Notes under the pieces: generated by a model
Told to the model about the DNA's origin: nothing
Databases searched by the model: none
Seen by the model: the letters and a program-made list of their open reading frames with translations, nothing else
Shown: in pieces, positions 38,014 through 48,606 of the stretch
Numbering within the stretch: the first letter of the stretch is position 1
Layout: every line of letters begins with the position of its first letter
Translations under genes and position numbers: made by a program
From: Callorhinchus milii
Lineage: Eukaryota
Length of the DNA stretch: 64,000 nt
Assembly (NCBI RefSeq): GCF_018977255.1
Contig: NW_024704743.1
Coordinates: 92,444,001-92,508,000, forward strand
Reading direction: 5' to 3'

Positions 38014-39488
38014 GGAACGGTTCTCATTGATTGGAAAATCTCAAATAACATCACTATTTAAGAAAGGGTGGGAGAGAGAAGATGGGGAACTATAGACTGG
38101 TCAGTCTGACATCGGTGGTAGGGAAAATTCTAGAATCCTTAATTAGGGATGTTGTAGTGAGGTACTTAGAGTACTATAATATGATTAGGCAGAGTCAACA
38201 TGGCTTTACAAAAGTAATGCTTAACAAATCTTTTGGAGTTCTTTGAGGATATAACTAGCAGGTTAGATAGGGGGGAACCAGTAGATGTAGTATATTTAGA
38301 TTTTCAAAAGGCATTCGGCAAGGTGCCACATAAAAGGCTGCTACACAAGATTAGGGCACATGGAATTGAAGGCAATATATTAGCATGGATCGAAGAGTGG
38401 CTAACAGGAAGAAAACCAAGAGTAGGGATGAATGGGACCTTCTCAGATTGGCAAGATGTGACTAGTGGAGTGCAACAAGGACAAGTACTTGCTCCTCAAC
38501 TATTTACAATCTATATCAATGATCTGGACCAGGACATAGAACTTAAAATATCTAAATTCGCGGATGATACTAAGCTAGGTGGGAGAGTAGGCTCTGAGGA
38601 TGACAGCAAAAGATTGCAAAGGGATATCGATAGGCTAGGTGAGTGTGCAAGAAGGTGGCAGATGGAATATGATGTGGGGAAGAGTGAAGTTATTCACCTC
38701 GGTAGTAAAAACATAAAAGCAAATTATTTTCTAGAAGGGGAAAGACTAGATAGTGTTAGTGTTCAGAGGGATTTGGGTGTCCTTGTACACCAGTCACAAA
38801 AAAGTTAGTATGCAAGTACAGCAAGCAACTAGGAAGGCTAATTCCATGTTGGTATTCATTGCAAAAGGGTTAGAGTACAAGAGTAAGGAAGTCTTGCTGC
38901 AACTGTACAGTATCTTGGTGAGACCACACCTAGAATATCGTGTGCAGTTTTGGTCTCCTTGTTTAAGAAAGGACATGCTTGCCTTAGAGGGGGTGCAGCA
39001 TAGATTCACTAGGTTAGTTCTTGGAATGAAGGGGTTGACCTATGAGGATAGGTTGAGTAAACTAGGCCAATATTCTCTAGAATACAGAATAATTAGGGGT
39101 GATCTTATAGAAACATAAAGACTCTTATGGGACTTGACAGAGAAGACAGTATGAGACTATTTTCCCTGGTAGGAGAATCTAGAACTAGGGATCACAGTCT
39201 TAAGATTAAGGGACAGCCCTTTAGAACAGAGTTAAGGAAACACATTGTCACTCAGAGGGTAGTGCATTTATAGAATTCTCTACCCCAGAAGACTGTAGAT
39301 GCTCAGTCCTTGAACATATTCAAGACTGAGATTGATAGGTTTCTAAAGGATAGAGGGATTAAAGGATATAGGGATAAGGTGGGCAGATAGAGTTAGGTTA
39401 GAAGATCAGCCATGATCTTATTGAATGGTGGGGCAGGCTTGAGGGGCTGAATGGCCCACTCCTGCTCCTAATTCCTATGTTCTTATGT
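38014..39488 (+). mobile_element. 5'-truncated CR1 LINE with a disrupted RT ORF; TSD AATCT
   Basis: VYLDFQKAF.KVPH, VTSGV.QG.VL.P.LF, KFADDTKLG, RDLGV, LVRPHLEY; tail (TCCTATGT/TCTTATGT); TSD at 38009-38013 and 39489-39493. Confidence 0.95.
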
Positions 39489-39570
39489 AATCTGCCCAGT
39501 CACTTTCCCAGAATCCTTTTATACTTGCTTGCTTCTCATTGTCAATGTTCAATTGCCAATTCAGTCATTA

Positions 39571-39635
39571 ACAACAACAACAAGATTACATTTGTATCGC
39601 GCCTTTCATGTCGGGAGGACATCCCAAGGCGCTGG
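39571..39635 (-). mobile_element. Extremely truncated L2 3' tail inserted in the Gypsy 5' LTR
   Basis: (AAC)n plus the stem-loop; LTR sequence resumes at 39636. Confidence 0.8.
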
Positions 39636-41729
39636 AAAGCAATATGTAACAGAGAATGCTGCATTGTTGGAGGTGCTGTCCTTTGCAAAGGACTTGGTAG
39701 TCTGGTTCCTGAGGCAGGTGGATTTGTCATACTTCAAGACAGACAAGCCATCGAATATTTGCATGTATTAATTAATGCATACTTAAAATTTCATTAGTTT
39801 GACAATGACACATTTCACATTAAGAATTCTGTTGAAAAGTAACGGAAAAATAACCTTGTAAAATTCCTCAATAAGGATCGGCAGCTCAAATGGTGCATTA
39901 TACAGGTAACTAGAAATAGATTTGGGAGTAAGAGTTCCATTGGGTGACGTAAAAGATTTCCAGTTATTTGAAGAAATTCTGATTCATGAAATAGAATTGC
40001 TTTTAAGAATTCTTGTTAGAAATCACTGGATTTTAGACTTTATTGTTGATGCAAAATTGTACATTTTAATCATATTGTGATCTTCATTGTGATTATGAAA
40101 AAAATATGATCACGCTTACTATCACCTACCCTCTCCCTCTTCCCCTGGCTTAGGGTCAGTCTCCGCCACTGTCAAGTGCTCCGGGACTCTACCCTGTGTG
40201 ACGAGCGCTATATAAATGTTATTTTTGATTACATTTGAAGAAAATAGTATTTTTTCTTTATGAACCAAAATTCCAGAGATTTCTGTTGCAAATGCAAGAT
40301 TCCTAGAGATTCCTGGGATGTTTCTGGGACCTGATTACCCATAATGCTTTCGATGAAGGATGAGCCTTGCTTTCTCCCAGGTGTGTTGTTACTGGCTGGA
40401 TGTCAGTCCAGCCGCACATGATTCACAACTCCAGGAAGAACACTCTGAGGAAACTATTCAAATTTATGGGAAGATTTTATGTTTTAGCTGCTCGTTGGCA
40501 CCGGTGATGATAAAGTACAGTCCCTCGCACTCCACCGCAAGAAGAAGAAAATCAGTTTTTCTCAGTGGTGCACAGAGCATTTTCATGCTACAGACTGGCT
40601 GTTTGCACCCCATTTTATCTGTGTAGGTGAGGCAAGGAGCAAGTAGCCTCAGTGGGCACAGAAGAGTTAATGGAGTCATTTTACCCCAGTTACGCAATCA
40701 TGAAAAGAAGAAACAATGAATAAAGGGGTACTAAGATTGTTGAATGCCACAGTTTCATTAGGCTCAGGGACATGTAAGTTATTTTATTACTCTTCTTTCA
40801 TATTTGTACTAAATACCAGAATGATGCTCTTTTTTTTTACTTTCAGCTGGTAGAAGTAGCTTGTGGTTGTCGTATCCTCTAAGAATAAAATAATAGTGAA
40901 TTGCTAGAGTTAGGATGTTTCTCGGACCCAACTAAGCTGTTAAATTGATGCTATCTATGGTCACTCCTCTACAGTGACCACAAGTATGATGAGTGGTAAA
41001 CAGCACTTGTTAATGCATCAAGAAATGACAATGGTACTGCAGATTGTGCTGATGATGAACAGTTTTGGATCTGTACGACCACAACAATATGCAGACCAGC
41101 TATAAATAAACTGAACTGCTTAAACAATTCCACTTATAGGATCTGTGAAGGCCTGTGAATGAATATCTGGACTTATTTATTTTTCCATTCAATTATAAAG
41201 ATAATTATATTTGATATCAGCTAGATGATATTACTAAAATGCCAATCCTTGCATTTGATAAAGTGCCTTATCCAAATGCTTCACAAGATTTATTTCTGCA
41301 AATTGTCATGCTGTATTTGCAAGCGGCATGTTGTCTTATTTTGCAACATCTGAGTGGTGGACGTTTACTCCACAGACAGGAATTCCCGGTTTGTGTGAGT
41401 GGTACAAGGAGCAGGCAAGGAACATCCTTTCAGAGAAGAGAGAGAGAAAGAGAGTTAGAGAGAAAAGTAAATCGGAAGTCAATCTATGTCACACCTGTGA
41501 GAATAAATATTTTTCTAGGATCTCATAACACTAAGACACCTTAAGTATTTCACACGTTATACCAACCCAGCAATTCCCTTTACTTGGTTGATACTGATCT
41601 GGACCATCGATAGGCAGGCTTTCAACTACTTGGTACCTGTTCTCTGGAATTCCATTCCCACATCACTCTGACCTGATCCTTGCCTCCCCTCTTTCAAGGT
41701 TCATCTCAAAACATACCTCTTCTTGAGTG

Positions 41730-42141
41730 ATACAGACCAGGAACGTCCAAGGTTGCATGCCTGGTTGAGTTTGAGTTACCTTGTCTCAAATACAATCCAT
41801 GACCCTGTGATTGAGCAGTCTTCAGCATTTTTAAGAAAGTGCATGGGAAATCTGGAAGAGTTTTCAGTGGAGTTTTACAGTAATAATTTTAATAATCATT
41901 GAATTTGGTTTAGCACCTTATCACACTGTCAAGATATTACAAAGCACTACAATTGACTTGAGTTCTGCATGACTAGTAGAGAGGAAAATCAATCAGGTAT
42001 CTTCTCTAAATTGCCATTCAGGATCCTCAAAAGTGTTTGTGTGCAAATGTTGGGTCTGGACAAGTTCAGGTTTAGCTCCCCATAGTCAATTAGTCTGCTG
42101 ATACTAACTGTATTGAGTCACAAATGAAGACTGGCCACTTG
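41730..42141 (+). mobile_element. LF-SINE-like element interrupted by a 153-bp duplicated segment
   Basis: TACAGACCAGGAACGTCCAAGGTT..GAGTTA, then CTACAATTG..GGAAAATCAATCAGG..TAGTCTGCTGATAC..ATGAAGACTGGCCACTTG; resembles the recalled LF-SINE consensus. Confidence 0.7.
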
Positions 42142-42297
42142 ACTTCCATGACACTGTGATTGAGCAGTCTTCAGCATTTTTACGAAAGTGCATGGGAAAT
42201 CTGGAAGAGTTTTCAGTGGAGTTTTACAGTAATAATTTTAATAATCGTTGAATTTGGTTTATCACCTTATCACATTGTCAAGATATTTCAAAGCACT
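41796..42297 (+). repeat. 153-bp direct repeat pair (41796-41948 and 42145-42297)
   Basis: Direct alignment; 6 mismatches by hand count. Confidence 0.95.
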
Positions 42298-42625
42298 TCA
42301 CAGGATATGCTGTAAAGTGTTGTATTTTGTGCACCAGTGTGCATAGTCTCAGAATCAGCTATAGAGTGAATGACCAATTTTACTTGGAATTGTTGGCCAG
42401 GACACTGGGAGAATCTCCCTTTCCTTTCTGAATAGTGCCATGGGATCTTTAACTTCCACTTAGACTTCAGTTTTAACATCTCATATGAAGAACAAAGCCT
42501 CCAACAATTCAGCACCTACATTGGAGTATAAGCCTAGAGTATGTGGGTTCCAAGTCCAGATATGAAGCTTGAACCCACAACTTTCTGGATTAGAAACGAG
42601 GGTAATAACTTAGCAAGGCTGACAC
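42240..42625 (-). mobile_element. Deu-domain SINE
   Basis: Reverse-complement head, Deu core (AATAGTGCCATGGGATCTTTAAC) and tail. Confidence 0.7.
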
Positions 42626-42724
42626 ACCAGAAAATCCAATAAAACATTTTGAGATGTTTTGATGATGTGATAAGCCACTATAATAAATAAAAGTATTATT
42701 ATTATCTAGTAGAAAATAAGCGAA

Positions 42725-42834
42725 CAAACAAGTTCTGACGAAGGTTCGTGGACCTAAAACATTGACTCACTTTCCTTTCTCCATAGATGCTGCCTAACCT
42801 GCTGAATATTCCCAGCGACTTCCGTTTTTGTTTC
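42725..42834 (+). mobile_element. Penelope-like element terminal-repeat fragment with a 14-bp TSD
   Basis: TSD AGAAAATAAG(C/G)GAA at 42711-42724 and 42835-42848; the body ..TCTCCATAGATGCTGCCTAACCTGCTGAATATTCCCAGC.. resembles the recalled chondrichthyan Penelope repeat. Confidence 0.7.
42731..42767 (+). ncRNA. Degenerate minimal type I hammerhead ribozyme motif
   Basis: Stem I AGTT/GACT, core CTGACGA, stem II AGGT-tcgtgg-ACCT, then AAAAC-ATT where the canonical motif has GAAAC-GTH. Confidence 0.65.
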
Positions 42835-45653
42835 AGAAAATAAGGGAATGCTGCTTCATAACATTAAATGTGAAACTGCATTTTTAAAATTCTCTACTTT
42901 TCTGAAGCAAAACCATTTTCTTATGTTATGGCTTTAAATAGAAGGTCACAAGATATAATTTCACATTCAGTTGTATGAACCAGTCACCAGAGAGGATGCA
43001 AGGATAGCTGGGGAGAAAAATGTCAAATAACAATGAGATTAAGTTCTGTTCGGACACAGGAGGCTTTATCATGCATCAAATTTTGAACTTGTACATATCC
43101 GAATTTTCCCAGCACTAACATCATTTATTTTATAGAACACAAAATTTGTGAAGGAAAAAATACCCTTCCATATTTCAGTTGAAACCACTGTTAAGTTGTC
43201 AATTATCATTGTAACTATCAATTGTACAGAATTCTCAACAATAGAAACAAATATGGAGCAATCCTAGGGAATGAGTGGCTAGGGCTAGAGGGGGCTCAAA
43301 CCCTCAAATCCAACTCTTCTCCAGTTTTGGCAAATAGGACGTTGCAGCTGAGAGAGGTGCTGCAATCTGCAGTGTGTAACGGGATGCAAAGTAAAACAAG
43401 TGTAGAAGTCAATAAATTGAATGAGCGGGAGTTGGATCCAATGCTGGGACATACACGCCACAGTCTTCAGCAAAGCACGTAAGGATGTTTGAAGGAAACA
43501 CAACCAGCTCAGCTCCTCCAAAGAATATTTTCACCCGCCACCTATGAGGGCAATCAATCTAAAATAGTATTCTCTTATTGTAATATACCACAAACATTTG
43601 TTAAAATTTGTGAGTAAGATTACTGGCTAGTTGTTGGCATCTCCTATTTTCTTTCTCTGAACATTTACGAATGAACAAGATATGTATTCAGTGAGAAAAA
43701 TGCTGAAATGTCTGTAGCTTTACCAGGATTAGAAGTTCCTGATTTGAAATGTGAAATAGTTATTTGGCTTGCCAAGTGCAGTACCCCAGAGAGCTGAAGG
43801 TTAAGAGATCAGGTGCACAGTTTTCAGTTTACAGAAGATTTCTGTCAAATATACATTAGCTCACGGATGTAGAACAACCTAACTGTGACCCTACAATGCA
43901 CTTAAAGGAACAATCACTGCTGCGTGTGTAGCATCCGTTCTATGGTATTGTAGAGTTAACATCCCTTTTTTGTTGCTGGAATAAATACTATGTATTAGTT
44001 ATAAGACAGTTCTTCTTCATCAGAATTGATGAAAACAAGAAGAACTGGAGCAACATAGCAACTCACCAACATGATCAAATCATCTAGCTCTACAACATGC
44101 CTGTAGAACAAACATTTTTCTCCTGTGTAAATCTGTAATTAAACAAACACAAATTGGTCTTGAAAATAAGATTTTGTCTTTATCACATCCTAATTGACTA
44201 ACGTCCCAGAGCAAGCGATTTAGGATGCTACCCTGCATGACGGGCACTATATAAATGCAAGTTGTTATTGTTGTAATTGACATGATAGTTAATTTGTTAA
44301 TTATTGGATTTAGTTAACAAATATATGTCTAGTAGTGACTTATTGTCTTCAGCTGGAAATACATCAGCTTCACAGCTTTGTCAAATATTTTCTGGTTAAA
44401 CAGAATAGTTTTAAAAAAATAGACTAATCCACATCATTTCCAGATAGATAAAAACTGTTCAAACAAAACCTTGCCAATGACCCATCTTGTTATGACTTTA
44501 AAAGTTTATTAACAATTTTGAAGCAGTAGGATTCTGGTGTATATCACAATATTTTTCACCTCTGCGACCTAGGATTAAATCTAATCAAGATTGATGGGGT
44601 GGAAGTCTCCTCTGAGTCCCAGTTGTTAAAGGTCTTACAACGTATTGCAATTTTCTTCTTCCACTCTTTCCTGTCCCAGTGGCTTAACTAGATACAGATT
44701 ATTTCTTGTCACTTGTGATGTTGTACCCTCTGTCCTCTTCTTTTCCTGATCTATATGGTCCTCCTTAGTGACATAATTTGCTGACAAAGGTCCACGTGGA
44801 TGATACCCAACTCTACCTTTACACCTCGACTCTAGGACCACTATTCTGGCTCTTGGGGAGATTATGGAATCTCAGTGATTTGTTCAGCCTTCATCTATCC
44901 TTTAAGCAAGTATTATTATTATGATAAAACAGCAGTTTTCTGTTAATCATTTAATGCAAACTGAAGTGCCAAAAAGCTGTTTACAAAACATTTAAAAAAT
45001 GATGGAAATAGGTCATTGCAGCATTGCAATGTGGCATTGACAATAAAGTTTGTTCATCAAGTACTTTACAAGTAAAATTAAGCCCTAAAACTATCAGAGC
45101 TGCACATTCCATTCATTCCACCCAACTGCACTTTTCATATATTGAATCTATCACATTTTATGATGGAGCAGATATACTACAAGCAATTTACTAAGTGGTA
45201 AGTGTTCAGCATAACTCTTACTGCTTATGGAATGCTTACAATATACTTTGTACATTATACTACCATAAGAGCCAATATTAAATGGCAGAAAATATAAGAA
45301 TGAACTCCAAAACTCCACAATATGTCTAATAATTGTACATTGATATGCAGCTGCAGAGTATGTTTTGTTACAATCACAGGTGCCTGATAGAATCAGAGTT
45401 TTGTATCAGCTGGAGTTTGTGGATGGTGGAACCAGGAGATTGGAGAGAAGTGCATTTGAGAATTTGATTCAGGAGGTCACAAAGGTTTGAATGTACTATG
45501 GTTTTTGATATATTTCACATCTTGAACACTGAGCCAACCGGTGGGACATGGTCATACAGAATACAGTATATTCTGTAAAACGCTTTGAGATGTCTAGAAG
45601 ACCGTGAAAAGCGCTATATCAAATGCAAGGATTATTATTTATTATTATTATTA

Positions 45654-47139
45654 GGTGTCCCCAAATGCGGAGTCACAGTTCTGAATGGCCCAAGGGAAGA
45701 TATCAAGGGAATTGATTGGAAGATACAAGGGGCATCAGTCCCAATCATTATCTCTTATCTCTTACCTTGGGGTCGTGGTGGACACCAACTTCAGCCTGGA
45801 CACTGTCTTGAAGGATCGCGCTGAGAAGGGGCGAAGGGCACTCTGGTCATGCTCATCCCTCTTCCTGGACAGCAAGGTCGTAACGCAAGTCAAACTTGTG
45901 GTAAACAAGACCTGTGTGCAAACCATCCTCCTTAACGGATCTGAGCTCTGAGGATGTAGCGGAGAAGCTTCCTCTGTCCCATCTCCAAAGTCCAGGATTA
46001 AGCACTGTGGTGGATTTGTGGCAAACACATGAAGCATCTACAGAGAGGGAGGGCTCTGGCCTTCACTGACCTGTCACTAAGCCTGGAGATGGCGGCAGCT
46101 TCACAGCAGGCATGTCTATTTACCAAGGCCATTCCATGAGGACCTGGATTAAGGAGCTGGTGCTGAGTAAGCCTGATACATGGCATTGGACTTGAACATC
46201 AAGAACATCAAGTTGGCTAGCATGTCACAAGCTGTCTTGTAAAGGTGCACTCACCAAGCCGAAGGCAGATGTCCGCCAGATACCTGATGAGGAAACTGAG
46301 GCTTGGAGCGACAGCTGCTAGAAAGCATTACCCGGTGCCCAAGTTTGTGAATGCACTGTACATCCATCGCCTGGAATCCACCTGGATTGTCCTGGCAAAC
46401 AGCTGTTGTTTAAATTCCACCCTCCACACATTTCATGCTGAGACGTGTTGCCCACCAGGAAGCTCACAGGGAATTCCTTGTACCTACCATCCACCTGGTC
46501 AGGACTCAAACCCGCTCTTATCGGATGTTGAACAATCAACTAGTGACTATCTTCCTTGGGGGGGGGGGGGGGAGGTAAGCCGGGTGACATGCCTGGCAAT
46601 AGAATGTTGGAATCCAGCCAGCCCTCTGTGGTGGCCTCGGTAGTCCGGTTCCTGAGCCAGACAAGTCCACAGTATTCCAAGGCAGGGCCAGCCTCGCTCA
46701 CCAGCAGGACCTGGAAGGGCAGATCAGTCAATGGGGCAGAAAGTCATCCCACCCAGCTCCTGTTAACCTACCCGTTAGGGCAATTCAAAGCCCTAACGGG
46801 TAGGTTGGTCCTACTGGACAAGCAATTGGAAAGTTTGTCAGAAAGCGATATCAATGGCAAGCTATGTGGTTTTAGCTTGCTAGATTCCAGCAGTACCCAA
46901 ACTCATATTTTAGGTCCCCAAGCGTTGGTTCTTACCAACCCTCACCTAATACTTTCCTGAATTAGGTGAGCAGGATGCGTCCCTCCAGGGAGAGAGTGTG
47001 CATACTGTTCCAAAAATTTATCTCTGGGATTTCCATGTGTAGGTGGGATGCATGGAAATCTTAGCTTGGTTTGGATACTCTTAAGCATGGTAATGTGTTT
47101 CTGCATCTGTCAGACACCCAGCTGACCAAAAAAAAAAAA
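45654..47139 (+). mobile_element. 5'-truncated poly(A)-tailed non-LTR retrotransposon of unassigned clade (RTE/RTEX-like motifs), frameshifted
   Basis: KCGV..YLGVVVDTNFS..RAEKGRRAL..KLVVNKTCVQTILLNGSEL*G RT-thumb motifs; 3' UTR with a hairpin; terminal A-run; homologous pieces at 8622-9113 and 58198-58295. Confidence 0.75.
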
Positions 47140-48362
47140 TATTTTTCACATCACCCTACACTTCAAGCACCATATACAGGCTAGTTAGCTTGACTTCAAA
47201 TCAGGAAAGCATATACATCTTGCATTAAATTCTGGAATGTGCATATCTACTAGTCAGTGATGTCTCTCTAATCTACCACTGCACAATAATTCACAATCTT
47301 AACAGGTCATTGCTTGTTCAAATAACTGTTTGTGTTTCTCACTTTGCTAACATTTTAAGCCAATCTCCAATTGCAGCATCAAGCTGTTTTTAGATGAATC
47401 CAACATCCTAGCTTCAATTATCCTTCCTGGTAACCTGTTTCAACTGTTAATTTTCCTCTGATTAAAGAAAACTTTCCTGAAGTCTATCCTGAAATTGCTC
47501 TTTGCAACCTTAAATCTGTGTTGCCTCAGTGCATTGTTGTGGATTTACTTTACATTAAATATCTCTATACTGTTCCCATTCACAAATTTGCGAGTTCCTT
47601 TTTTCTAAATTGCTAGCAGGTTGTGGTGGATCCAACGAATTAACTGTCACATGTTGTCAGTTACCAGCAGGGTTCTCCGTTAATGACTCTGATTTCCTAT
47701 TAGTGGATCATTTTGCAAATATTCCCTTTACACCCCCGATGACAGTGAAAGAACAAGCTTGAGGCACTGCACCACATACATTCAAGACCATGAATAACTT
47801 CAATTTTACGAGCATTAATCACTCCATTACATTTTTCATGATATGAGCCTCATGCAGTGTCACATTTGTTTTTGCCTTTCGTGATATTTTAATCATTTAC
47901 ACAGATTTAAGAACATGTTGATCTATTCCCTGTTATGCTGCATATATTCTAGTATAGAGTGATTGTATGTCATATCTCGCTGGCTCAGTCACTTAAGATT
48001 TTCCTGGTACCCGTGTCTCTATTAAACCCTTCTCTCAATAATAGTTCAGTGAAATGATGACTGTGTTTAGCAATTTCAATCTTTGAGGTGAGCTACCTGT
48101 AATATGTTTTATTCTTGCTTTTCCATCAAATTTCCATGATATTATGGAAAGCTTTAAAAAAGCTTTAAAAAAACATGCTTACTGTTAGATTGTCACAGTT
48201 ATTAGAATTCTAGGCTCCAGTTGTGATAGAAGTCTCACACCAGGACTGGAGTGGGTAATCTGGCCTGATTTTCCAGTGCAGAAGTAATAGAGTGCAACAT
48301 TGTTTCAGTGTATGTTCCTTCAGATACTAATAATCCTTCTATTCAGTAAAATGTCCCGCAGA

Positions 48363-48606
48363 GTGTCCCACAAACAGTCGCGCATTGAAGTGACCAATTG
48401 TTTTAAGGAATTATTCCTTTTTTTTCAAAGAATCTTTACCTCCGGAAAAGCGATCCGCCAATAGACTAACAATTGGGTTCCTACGTACTGCTAGGTAAAC
48501 AGAGGTGTGTGGAGTAAGGAAACTTGCCAAACATTTTGCCCTACCGGGAATTGAACCCAGGTCTCTCGCTTGCGAGGCGAGTGCTCTCACCACAGAGCTA
48601 CAGGAC
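48363..48606 (-). mobile_element. tRNA-headed SINE (long variant), 3'-truncated
   Basis: Cloverleaf-like head with a CTCGC-CTCGCAA-GCGAG anticodon arm; includes the CCTCTGTTTACCTAGCAGTA segment. Confidence 0.88.

Larger units (their letters stand above)
31265..39651 (-). mobile_element. Decayed Gypsy (Ty3/Gypsy) LTR retrotransposon with nested insertions
   Basis: 3' LTR 31265-31440 (TG..CA), PPT 31441-31455, PBS TGGTGTCACAAGTG 36760-36773, and a 5' LTR in four pieces. Gag, PR, RT, RH and IN remnants lie in Gypsy order. Diverged 5-bp TSD GGGAG/GAGAA; the flanks are two halves of one DeuSINE. Confidence 0.9.

Noticed and set aside
46284..46297. Hammerhead core CTGATGA..GAAAC (also 27587-27604 and 54353-54370)
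   Set aside because: No stem II or stem I pairing; the first lies within LINE coding sequence.
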